Below are positions 1 through 11,229 of a DNA stretch of 64,000 nt, one piece after another (the stretch's first letter is position 1; every line of letters begins with the position of its first letter). The DNA is taken from assembly GCA_965649765.1 (NCBI GenBank), contig OZ287755.1:11718001-11782000 (forward strand), in the 5' to 3' direction. This stretch comes from Bispira polyomma. Lineage: Eukaryota. The notes beneath the pieces were generated by a model. That model did not search any database, was not told the origin of the DNA, and was given only the letters and a program-made list of their open reading frames with translations. The position numbers were made by a program, and so were the translations under genes.

Positions 1-1092
1 TTTTGTCCCATAGCCATCCGTCTCCAGTTGGTGCCAAAAATGGTCACCCCACAGGTGCAAGAAGGTTATCATAGCACCAGGGTCCAGAGATGTTGTTGGT
101 TTGGGATCTGGTCTACCTCTTGACTTAACAAAACCAGACTTCCTCTATGGCCAAAAGTGTTGAAGCAATTGCCGGCAACAGATTTCTCAGAAATCTGGTG
201 TACCTGAACCTTGGCACCTAGAGTGCAGAAGACAAAGGATTTCTTTAAGAGGTGACAAATCAGATTAAAGCACCCCAGAGACTATCCTAAAGGAAGGTCT
301 ATGGATATTTCCAGTAAAACTGATTTCTTAAACTACTTGTTTGAGGAAAACAATCTTAAGCCTTCGGCAATAGAGGACTGGTTAGAGGACTGCTATTCCA
401 TATGGACTAGGTTCTTGAGGTGAGACTTTCTAAAACAGTTTGGACTTTTAGCTGGTTTTCATAGAGACAAATCAGCTGCCAATAGGGCCATTCCCTCCTG
501 GGATTTGTCTCTTATATTATTGTCTCTCACTAGGGCTCCTTTTTAACCTCTTCAAAGATTCTGATGTTTAAGACAATTATTTTGGCCTTACCTTCGGACG
601 ATAGTATGATTTAAGTGTATTATTTAACCACTTTTAATAGGTATCTGCTGTTTGTATGTCATCTTATTAATAATAATATGTCTGTCATAGATTTTATAGT
701 TTTGTTGTCTCTTTTTTCCAGATTTAACATGATTTTCTATGATGTACATATGTTGTTTTGAATGTGACATGTTGTTACAGACTTCTCTGGATATTGTTTA
801 GGTGAGTACAGGTAATCTTTCAATATTGTATGACAAATTATTGATCTTATTATTTATGTATTACCAGTGACATTTTTGTCTGTAGAATAAATACTTCCCT
901 CCTTCCTACATGGATGAATTCAGCTAATGCTCAAGTCAGCCATGGGTACGACAAAGGATGCCTGGTCATCGATTGTGGTGCTATAGAAGTAAAAACATTA
1001 ACATTGTTATGAAATGGTAAGTGCAATTTTTGCAATAAAATTGGCAAATTTAAAATAATTTTAAATTATGTTGGATAATTACTTACCATTTC
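1..1092 (+). mobile_element. Decayed DIRS1-like tyrosine recombinase retrotransposon remnant (YR fragment and possible terminal inverted motif)
   Basis: From 493 the sequence reads PSWDLSLILLSLTRAPF*PL, matching the PxWDLxxVLxxLxxxPFEPL motif of DIRS1-group recombinases. NNLKPSAIED occurs near 349-378. An inverted pair gaaatggtaagt (1011-1022) / acttaccatttc (1081-1092) follows. Boundaries approximate. Confidence 0.6.
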
Positions 1093-1139
1093 CTGACAAG
1101 GTGAGTTTCTCAAAGCGTCCCCCATAAGTTAGTATTCAC

Positions 1140-2232
1140 AATGGGCTGTCTATAGAAGATTATGTAATATGTATGTCACACTACTTTTGTTTCTATATAC
1201 AGAACAAATAATGTGTGTGAAATGGGGCAAAAGTGTTTTGACAAAAACTCCATTACAAACAGTGTCAAACAAGGTGGAGTAATCTCTCCTATTATGTTTA
1301 CTGTTTATATTGAAGAATTGTTTAAAAGATTAGTTGCATGTCGATTTGGATGCTAAATCAGTAATAAATTTATGGGAGCTTTTGGATATGCCGATGACTG
1401 TCTATGTTAAGTCTACTCAAGGCTTGTGACAACTATGGTAGGTAATTCTATGTCACGTTCAAACTATCAGTTTCTCCACTGTACCAGAGCAAGACGTCAA
1501 TGTGAAGGTATCACTTATAAGGGTACTTGTATCAAAGCTACGCAAACAACTGTACATTTTGGTAATCATTTATCAAATAATTTAATGTCAAATAGAAGTA
1601 TAAGTAATGCATGTAATAATTGTTAAGTAAGTGTCAACTCGGTCACCACTTTGTTCTTCAATGCTTACTGTAGTGTAAGACACCTTATTCTCTCTCAGTA
1701 TTGTATCACTTTATATGGTCATTTATGGGACTTGATTTCCTCATATATTAGTTAATTGTATACCATGTGAAAAAAGCAGTTTGAAAAGTATGTAGGTTAC
1801 CATATGACATCCATTGTTATTACCTGTGAACCTGTGTTGATATGTGTAGCGCAATGTCTAATGACAATCAAATATCAATGTGTAGTAAATTAGCTTTTGC
1901 TGCTAGTAATAACATAAATTATATAGCTGAGATGGTTAAATGTAATAAATTTAAATTGTCAAAAATGAATATTGATCAATTAATACCTTTATTTGTGTCT
2001 AATATGTTCATATGTGGTGATGGTGATAAAATAGAAGGCAGTATTATAAAAGAGTCTATAACTATGAGGAATAAAAGTAAACACATTTTTCACACAATTA
2101 TGTGTCCGTACACATTTATGTAAATGTACGCTGTATATATTTTCCATATATATTTTCGGGGTTTTGTGTTGTTTGGTTTGTACATTGAAATGCTTGAAAT
2201 TAATTTACATATAAGCATAAATAAATAAAAAA
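1140..2232 (+). mobile_element. Degraded non-LTR retrotransposon (LINE) reverse transcriptase fragment
   Basis: 1264-1398 translates VKQGGVISPIMFTVYIEELFKRL...C*ISNKFMGAFGYADD (QG and YADD motifs, with an internal stop). An A-rich tail lies near 2218-2232. Confidence 0.85.
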
Positions 2233-2239
2233 TACAGCT

Positions 2240-2842
2240 CAATTAAATATCACTTTTATATTGATCATACACAATTATACATTAACATGTCACCATCCAA
2301 TGTTATTACAGCTTTCAATACTCCCAATACTTGCTTGGAAGAGGGGTTGGAATAAGGTGCAATAAGCTGAATTCTGACCAAACTAATTGATTGCTTTTTG
2401 GATCTCGTAATCAAGGCACTGAATTATCATGTCTTTTTCCAATAAGCATCCAAGGGAATTTGATATCACCCTCAGATGGTGTGCATAATCTCGGAGTGAT
2501 GATTGATGCAGATTTTTCTTTCAGCAAACATATCACTTTAATCTGTAAATTTGTTTTGTCAGTCTGATAGATCAAAGACAAATGAGATGCTATATGTCAC
2601 AAGATACAGCTGCATTATTGGCTAATGCACTCGTGAGCAGTCGCAGTGAATACTGTGACTTATTGTTATACAGTTTGTCTGCCAAAGACATAAATGTTTG
2701 TGTATGTTCAAATATGCCACATTGAAATACCTCAGCCCCTACCTAATCCCTTACAATCAGTAAATCGATATAGGCCATGGTAATCCTACTTTGAATGCCG
2801 CATACATAAATCAAAAGTTGATTTCAATCACACTTTCTCATA
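2240..2842 (+). mobile_element. Degraded L2/CR1-group LINE 3' fragment interrupted by a SINE
   Basis: HNLGVMIDADFSFSKHIT near 2484-2537 and AALLANALVSSRSEYCDLLL near 2609-2668, resembling the L2-type LVxSRLDYCNSLL motif. Confidence 0.7.
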
Positions 2843-3111
2843 GGGGCCGCAGTGGCCTAGTGATCAGCAAGCATTGCGCCTCACAATCACTGGTCTCTCA
2901 CCTCTGAAGGTCGACTAGCGTGGGTTCGCCTCCTGTCACTGTCTATGTGGGAAAGATGGTAGTTCCTTACTGTGGGCCGCTGGTTTTAGTGCAGAACCAT
3001 GATCAACTGTATGCGGTGTTTCCTCCAGCGTTTCCAACTACCTGTCCCAATATAACCCACACAGGTACTAGAGTGGACGTTAAATATCCCAATTAAAAAA
3101 ATAATAATAAT
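2843..3111 (+). mobile_element. tRNA-derived SINE, family 1, full length
   Basis: Starts ggggccgcagtggcctagtg (A-box-like) with gggttcgcctcc (B-box-like) and ends in an A/AAT tail. Flanked by a perfect 15-bp TSD tcacactttctcata (2828-2842 and 3112-3126). Four further copies are in the window. Confidence 0.92.
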
Positions 3112-4400
3112 TCACACTTTCTCATAAACTGCATGGATTATCCACAGTCAGCTTCCTGGGCCGAGTGTGTCTTCTTTAACCCAGGGTTGATAAAGGATGC
3201 TGAGAGGCTGGACCTCCCCTCACCAGCGGAAGGTGTCGTAGGCCCATGGGGCTGACTCCGGTGTTTAGAGTATTAGAATATTGAGATAAAATGTATTATG
3301 TCTTGTTTCAACCTCAATTTTGCCCTTCTAACACAGAACGTTCAAATATTTGAATTTTGGCTAGTCCGTTTTACTATTCACTTGATGTGAATTGATGTTA
3401 TAAATAGAATATATTGTAGTTCTAACGGAAATAATAAATTGACATTTGTGCGGACTCCGAATAAGTACACTGTAATTAGCTTACTCTGTGCTGGCCAAGT
3501 GGCTATGAAGTAAGAAGTGTTGTCTTCTTCATACAATAAATGTCTTTATATTTTGTCTTGACAGAATATTCTTGATGTAGCCATACACCATTGTTAACTT
3601 TCTTTGTGACAGGTAAGACATTTTAATGTAGGGTTGTATACCACTGATGTATTGATATTTGATTCACATATAGAATATTATTATTATTATTTAGTCTTGA
3701 TGTATGATTTTTATTATATTATTGTTATGGGTGTTTTAAAAATTATACTTACAATTTTTAAAAATTACTTTTAACCCTGTCTCCCCTGTAAACTAATGTT
3801 CTAACATGTACATAAATAAATGCTCAATTGACTAGTTCTACGATATCTTTTCTTACACCACATAAGTGACCTTTATTGATTTGACCTTTTCAAATCTGGA
3901 CAAACTGTTCACCATTACGAAATAGATTATCTCATATTAGATACTTAATTACTACGGCAATATATGTACCTTGACAGATATTGTACAGAAACTAAATATT
4001 GAAAACAAGGTAGAATATGGTAAAACAGTGCCACAGATATAAACAAAGAGGGTATGATTAACGGTACACCCACACAAGGTAAATTAGACAGAACGACTAA
4101 AAGAAATGTTAACATGATAACAGCCATGATCGGAAGACATCAAATGAACTTTTGTTTTTAAACATCCAGAAAGAAACAAAATATCACCTCTCCAGTCCAG
4201 GAGATTTTTCTCACCTGGAACGCATCAGCAGCAGTGAACATCAAAAGAGCATCAAAAGAAATATAGGTACATATTCAAAAGTGAGAGCCGCCTATTGTCA
4301 ACTATAGAATGTGTTTAAAACAATCAAATTAATATCCAAACAAACTAACGTTAATACAAAAAAATGTTAAATCAGTGTTGCTCTATAGTACTAAAAACAT

Positions 4401-4508
4401 GGGGTGGTATTTACATAAGGGCTAAGCCAACACTTTGTCTTAGATGTAGTATACTGTTGTACCAGATTAAGTACAATGTCTAGACTTAACCCGTGTGCGA
4501 ATACCGCC
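4401..4508. mobile_element. Short palindromic MITE, decayed
   Basis: ggtggtatttac...gcgaataccgcc inverted ends; same layout as 4966-5073 and 5798-5904. Confidence 0.55.
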
Positions 4509-4965
4509 AATGGTGGCTAACCAAACATGATATTAACCTCCTTTCATCACACAGACATAAGAAAGATCTGTAAAATATACTGGCCAAAAATAATTACTAA
4601 TAAAGATATCTACTAAACCACAGCACAAACAAAAATCTAGAAAAACAGCAATCAAGAACATGAGATGGAGGCAGATTGGCCTCATGCTCAAGAAACAACA
4701 AACAGCACTGCGAAAGTCACCATAAATGGATCACAGATGGAAGACGAACGAGGGTAAGACTAAAAAAGACTGACAGACTCATGGTGAAATGTCAGCTAAG
4801 GCAACGAAACGGTTTTATGTTTAAGCTGAAAACTGGCAAGAAAACACAACAAAGTGAAATCATGTCTTTGGCCTGATGTGATGCTTATCACAAAGAGGAT
4901 AAGTAAGTAATGAAGTCCAACAGATGGTATCACAAGTTGATGTCTGGGTTTGGATGCTCAATCTG

Positions 4966-5073
4966 AGGTGGTATTCACCAAAAGGATACGCCAAGATTCT
5001 GTCTTAGACCTAGTATATGTTTGTGCTAGATTTAGGAATGTATCCAGACTTGTCCATTTTGTGAATACCATCC
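4966..5073. mobile_element. Short palindromic MITE with CTG flanks
   Basis: ctg|aggtggtattcac...gtgaataccatcc|ctg: inverted termini plus a 3-bp CTG duplication, suggestive of PIF/Harbinger origin. Confidence 0.65.
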
Positions 5074-5097
5074 CTGTTCTCAACCTGAATTACATTC

Positions 5098-5598
5098 ACA
5101 CAAACCAATTGGCGACGTAGACAAGGTCCATAATGTACCCATATATTTATATTTTCTTTTTTTAAGGCTAATTAAAACTAAAACAGGAACATATTTAAGT
5201 ACACATAATAAATTTTAAAAAAATATAAATTAATTTGAAAACACAAATAATTTAGCATATTACATACTTTCATAACTACATATCAAGCTTGTGAAATCTA
5301 CACACTCAAGGGTTAACAAATCGTAAATGTTACCATATATTGTGAGCAATTCACTCTTTTTATGGTTATTTTGTCAACATAAGCAATATAGAGGCAGTAT
5401 AAAACTATGTTAGAGTTGACATTATACCATAGAGCAAAAATATTTAATAGTGAAAGCTATATATTTTACATCCATCAGAATTACATCCATTTAACAATAA
5501 TTGGCCACACTATTATAACCTAGTGTCATTTAGCTTTGACAATGTGCCTATATGTACCTAAAAAAAGTGTTACACCAATGCAGACACAAAGTGGCACT
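5098..5598 (+). repeat. Dispersed repeat of about 450-500 bp, copy A
   Basis: Colinear with 19085-19518 from acacaaaccaattggcgac to acacaaagtg. Confidence 0.85.
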
Positions 5599-5797
5599 AA
5601 GAAGGAATACTTTTCTATGCTTCAATAATTCTTCAAAAAGAATCTTTGTGAATTGGGTCCCTGATGTGTAGACGTACTTGGCTTACGGGCTAGATGTTTA
5701 AGTTTGATTACTGAGACTCTGCATGGTGTTTGTTTATCTGAGTTTTTCATGCTTTATTAAGTGCAGATTGATATATGACTAGAGTCATATACATCTG

Positions 5798-5904
5798 GGC
5801 CCGTATTCACAAACAGACTTAGCCAAGTTTTAGGCTTAGATCTAGCACAAAATATACTAGATTTAAGCCTAAGATGTGGCTAAGTCTGTTACTGAATACA
5901 GACC
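5798..5904. mobile_element. Short palindromic MITE with CTG flanks
   Basis: ctg|ggcccgtattcacaaacagacttagcca...tggctaagtctgttactgaatacagacc|ctg; nearly the whole element folds back on itself. Confidence 0.75.
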
Positions 5905-6879
5905 CTGTGATACTGATTCTGTTTCTACATATATATTTTAACGTGTTTACGTCTTTTTATAAATGTTACAATATGTTGGCTGTTATGTAGTCACTTGGCG
6001 CAAATGGTCAGAAATAGTTAACCAAGACTAGTATTTCAACTTGACACTGTTCACGAAGAATATGAGACTGTTCCTAGACTTTGCCAAGGTTTTAAACTTA
6101 ACAATAGAATTCTTACGCTGAGTTTACCTGGTAATGTTTTTACAAATATTGTGCCTTTAACTTTGTTAATATGTTCAAACATATTTTGCCAGTTTGCTGT
6201 ATCATCAGATAATAATTAAAATAACATGGTAGTTTTAGCATTTTAGTCAAACTACTCTGATGAGGGCACTTGTTCAACGTTAAGTATTTTAGAGCTCCCT
6301 CAAGATTATGTTTCTTCGTCTATATCTGTTTAGTTATTTGTACTGAACCAACATTCATAGATTATAAACAGAACAAACACACTCTGGGGGAAATCATACC
6401 AGACAGATTTTTCTTGTACCACTGTCTTAGCTAAGTTACCCTTAGCAGAATTCACACATTTTACGATTGAGTTTGAGGTTAACATCTCTTAGAATAGAGC
6501 TAAGGCAAAGACTATGTTTAGCAAAATTCTTTATTTCTTCAAATATGCGAAATTAATATAATAGTATATAATTAATATAGTTGTTTTTTTACTCTTTAAA
6601 TAGAATGAATATATATAAAAATAAGGATATACGAAAACTGAAAGCCGTTGTATGTAATATTATTACAACACAGATTCATAATATGTACATATCTATATAT
6701 GAGGAATGTAGAAATACAAATGTGGTAGTCTCCACTCCTGTGAGTAAGGCATAGAACCTGTATGATTAATGGATTAACTATTATTGAAACTACAAACAAC
6801 AATTATATATCTAATTTATCTATAGGTACCAATAAACAAACATGTTGTTTGTGTTAAAGTTCAGTATACTGCAAAAATA

Positions 6880-7946
6880 ATGGATCATAATAAAGATTAT
6901 CGAAGTTTATGTTCCTTATCAGAAATGGAGGAGGTAATTCAAAAGAGAAGAAAAATGAAGTTTCTTCTTAAGGAATGTGTCATCTTGGCTGAAAAGGTAA
7001 ATGATAAAGGTGTCCTTGGATTGCTTGAGATAATACAGAAGCCCATTGAAAGGGACTCAAAAGATATAACAATACAGTTTCCATTGATCATCAACTTATA
7101 CCATAATTATTGGTTGGTATTTAGATCCATGAAGGAAAAAAATGGAGATGCAGCAATGGAACTTCAAAGTTGTGAAAAAATATTGGAGTTGAATGTAAGG
7201 GATATGGAAAATCTCAACTTGTACTTTGTACTGATTAATCCAGGTGTAAATGTCAATGATATTTTCCTATCTAATCATACCTTACTACATCAGTTTGCAA
7301 GGCGTGGATCAGTGCATTACTTAAAGTGGTTACTTGAGAGAGGTGCTGAAATCAATAGCAGGGAGCGAAAGTCTGGAATGACTGCTCTCATGATAGCTGC
7401 TCGGTTTGGAGATTCCAGTATGGTTAAGTTTTTGTTAGATTCCAAAGCTGATCCATCACTTGTGATAGATCCCAACGAATCGGCTATCAGTCTTGCATTT
7501 ATGCACAGCAGTGATATGACCTTTCAGCTATTACTAAATAGACTACTTAAAAAAGACCCTACTGTAGATATTGCAGCGCACCTCAAACTCATGAAATTTG
7601 AAAAGTCTTTCATAACAACATTGGATGGAAGCACTGACAAATATCTGTTGGCTATTGTGATTAGATGGAGAAAATACTGGAATAAGCATTACCGGTACAG
7701 CGAATCCTTTAGACCAATGGTGGAGTTCATTTGTGATGACAAAGATGTCTATGTCAAGTTCCTGCAGAAGGCAACAATAAGACATGATTATTTAATGGTG
7801 AAGCTACTTCTGCGAATACTATTTCGTATGAAGAATGACAAGATGCATCCATATATCATAAATGGTTTTAAATATGCAGTTGAAAATGGTTGTGATCATA
7901 AAGTTTTACAGCAGTACAGATTCACGAGCACAGGCATTAGTTTGGG
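6880..7946 (+). CDS. Ankyrin-repeat / cGAS-like receptor (ANK-cGLR) copy 1, coding exon 1 (ankyrin region)
   Basis: Ankyrin consensus matches: HTLLHQFARRGSVHYLKWLLERGAEINSRE, GMTALMIAARFGDSSMVKFLLDSKADPS, ESAISLAFMH. The donor GTATGT at 7947 is positionally conserved in copies 2, 3 and 5. The start may instead be ATG 6925. Confidence 0.9.
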
Positions 7947-8269
7947 GTATGTTTTGAGTATTTCTCCATAATGATTGGCCAAATCTCTAAAAAGTTATAA
8001 AAATTGAATTCTTTGGTTATTAGGCGTCAAATATATTGTATATGCAATTTGATACATTTTGCAAAATTGATTTTTACCTACTGCATATTGCCCTATTCTG
8101 AAGTCTAAAACATTTTACATAAACTTGTGACTGTGTGAGTCAACGAAAAAGAAATTGTGTATGTGTGTTTGTCATATAAGTAAAACGCTGCTTTGTTATT
8201 TTTACAGGGAATATAAAGCCTTTTTGTGTGTATCATTGTCCTTAAAGTAAACACTATTTTTTTTCACAG
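7947..8269 (+). other. Phase-2 GT-AG intron of copy 1 (323 bp)
   Basis: GTATGT...ttttttttcacAG. Splicing joins GG+G (Gly) and keeps both long ORFs in frame. Homologous donors and acceptors occur in the paralogues. Confidence 0.88.
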
Positions 8270-9896
8270 GCAATATGTACGTCCCTACTGCTCAGTTGTA
8301 ACTGTGACAGAAAAGTTACATTGTCAACAAAGACACCTATCACAACTCCCAAAGAAGTATCAAAGTAATCTGTTTGTTCTCTACTGTGCTTATTGGCATG
8401 ATCTCATGGGTGGTGTCATTGGAGTCATCATTGATGTTGGACTAGAAAGTCATTTTAGAAAATACCTGTCAGTGAACCCTTACTCTCATCTGTTTATCAA
8501 AGAATACAAAGGACTGCTCTGTTTCCATATGGTCATGCAACGCCCTTGGCTGTGGAAGTATTTCTATGATGACTGCATCAAAGATAACTTCTTTCAAAGT
8601 TTAACTGACAGAAATTCACTAGAAACAGCTTACTATTTTGCTGAGTGGTACCATGTCAACCCCAGAAATGATACAGGATATCCTGCTACTGTAAAATTGG
8701 AATCTTGCTCTAGCCTAGGCACAAAAGACATAAAGAAGCTTGACCTTGCAAAAGTGATGCAAAAGACATATATAGGTGGCATATGCAAAGAATCATCACT
8801 CAAAGAAGAACAATATATTCAGAAATGCTTGATTGAACTTCTTTCTAATTTGTCATCAGAAATTCAGAATAGTTCTGAAGGCACACAGGTGTATCTTGAT
8901 GAATGTGACTTTGCTTTTCACCCCATATTTACTGGCAGCTCTGCTGAAGGCACAAAGGTTGGCTTTCCTGATGACTATGACTTTCTCCTACACATGTATA
9001 ATCTAGATGCCATGTTCAATGACTGTACCTTTTTGCCAGAAAAGTCACTGAGTGTTAAAATAACCAAAAATGGTGAAAACGTTTCTGTGCATAGTTTAAT
9101 CCAGACGTTTGTAGATATTTGCAACAGAAAATTGGATGTTTGCCATTATCCAAAGGGATTTTTTCTGAAGAAGAAGATTACTTATGATTTGAAACCGCTG
9201 TCTCTTGCTGTCCACTGGCGAGGACAATATTTTTTAGATCTGACAATAACAATTGACATTGTTCCAGCATTTAAAATTTGTTCAGCAACATTTTGTAAAA
9301 TCTTCCCAAAAAAAGGACCCCATCTGGTAGAACATGCGATTTACTTTATACCGAAACATCTGGGTTTCACAGACACAGATTTACGTTGGTCTTTCTCAGT
9401 TCATGAGCTTGCGCGTTTAAAAAATCTTCCAGCATGTATTAAAGATGGATATAAGTTGGCAAAAGCCATGCGACATAAGGAAATATGTCCATCAATAGAG
9501 GTGGCGAGAGGAAGATATGTTGATGCAATTGAATCTATTTCATCCTATATGTTAAAAACATGTCTTTTACATGTAGTTCAAGACTCATCAATCAACAATT
9601 CTTGTCAGAGGGTTTCTGAAGGTACTTACACTATCCTCTATCATTTAAGCTTGCTGTGGGCTTTAAAAATATATCGGAAGATGAAGCTATTTCTTCAAAA
9701 TTGTGATGGTATGATACCTAGCTATTTCATACGGACAGCAGATATTTGCTCTAGATATTCAATGGGAAGTATAAGGGGAGAAAATGAGGAAGAGTTGCTG
9801 CAGGAAGATATGAAAACGGTCATGTTTTTTGTTGACACTATCATAGAACTATTGGAGCACCGCTCAAATATGTATCAGAGCACTGCTATGTGTTAA
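8270..9896 (+). CDS. ANK-cGLR copy 1, coding exon 2 (linker plus Mab-21/cGAS-like nucleotidyltransferase)
   Basis: Uninterrupted ORF with TGSSAEGTKVGFPDDYDFLL, ITIDIVPAF, WSFSVHE, YKLAKAMR and SSYMLKTCLLH, the ordered motif set of Mab-21/cGAS-family NTases. Confidence 0.92.
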
Positions 9897-10958
9897 TCAT
9901 CTCTGGAACAAAAATTATTCCATTATATAGAAGACAATTAAAAAAGTCATTTTAAGTATTTTATTAAGTGTTTTTAGTAATTTAAGTGCTTTTAATAATT
10001 TAAGTGTACATGTATGGTATTGGTTACAGAACTTGATGTGATTGCTTTTAAAATAACTTTGTTAGATAAATGCACCCATCTACTTAGGCCTGATATATTA
10101 TAGATTGTGGTTTACAACTTAAAAGCTGCTGTCTGATAAAACTTGTTTACTAATTCAGGAAATCTGTTATGTTACTACCCAGAATAAACTGTGGGTTGTC
10201 CCTTTTTGATGAAATTGGTGCTTGCTACATGTATTGATGATTGACTTGTTAATCAATTAATAAATTGCTTCAGATGAAGTAAGCCACAGAGAAGTAATTG
10301 CATAATTTTGACTGGTTAACAACAGTTCAATGTCAAACTTACACTTCCCTTCTGTTCCGTGACCAAAAACCTCTTTTTTACTTTGTTTCTTAATAAACTA
10401 CATATGTAGAATTTACTATACACTATTACCATTGGCTGGCTTTTCCTGGCTTTTTGCTTTTGGTTCTTCCCAAGCAAATAACAAACGCTATATCAAGGAA
10501 TGAATCTACAATGGTGCCTAATGTAGCTGCTTTTTTTTGGAATAGATACATTTTTTGGGTAACATTAACTTCATGATTAACCCCCATAGTCAAATAGATT
10601 AGAGCGGTATTTACAAAGTTGAATTTTTAAGTATTATTCATTTCACAAAAATCGTAGAAAATACCTGAAAAGTAAAGATCCTGACTGTGCTTTCTCATCT
10701 GAAACACACATCGACAACATGAATTCCTATATAATATTTTTTACTGGTCAGTGACAAGATATCTCATTTAATCTGGTACAGCATTTACTAAGCATAGTCT
10801 TTTGTTATTGGAGGTCTTGATATGCTTAGCACGGCCATAGAGGCGTTTGCTTGTTAAGTTACAAGCTTAAATTAGCTCTACCTTAAATTATTAGGTTCAC
10901 CCTTCATCCTTCTCTTCTGTCTAACCAATTAACACAATCAGATCAATCCCCTGATTTA

Positions 10959-11229
10959 CTTGAATTTGAATTTGGATGTTTAACATCCACTCTAGTACCT
11001 TTTAGTAGGTTATATTGGGATGGGCAGTCGGAACGCTGGAGGAAACACTATATACAGTTGGTCAAGGTTCTGCACTGAAACCAGCGGCCCACAGTAAGGA
11101 ACTACCACTTTTCCCACATAGGCATTGACGGGAGTCGAACTCACGCTAGCCGATCCTAGAGGTGAGAGACCAGTAATTGTGAAGCGAACTGCTTGCTGAC
11201 CACTTGGCCACCGCGCCCCCCCCCCCCCC
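10959..11229 (-). mobile_element. SINE family 1
   Basis: Reverse-complement match to 2843-3111; TSD cccctgattta at 10948-10958 and 11230-11240; poly-C tract at its 5' end. Confidence 0.9.

Noticed and set aside
6257-6290. ctgatgag as a hammerhead ribozyme core
   Set aside because: No matching stem II or GAAA downstream.
8226-8269. ORF-track start of the 556-aa ORF
   Set aside because: It is a GTG inside the intron; the exon begins at 8270.
6880-9896. Bacterial CBASS-style two-gene operon (ankyrin gene plus CD-NTase)
   Set aside because: A conserved in-phase spliceosomal intron, SINEs and LINEs indicate one eukaryotic gene; there are no Cap effector genes.
9873-9896. C-terminal prenylation signal (STAMC)
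   Set aside because: Cys is the last residue, not a CaaX arrangement, and copies 2 and 3 end differently.
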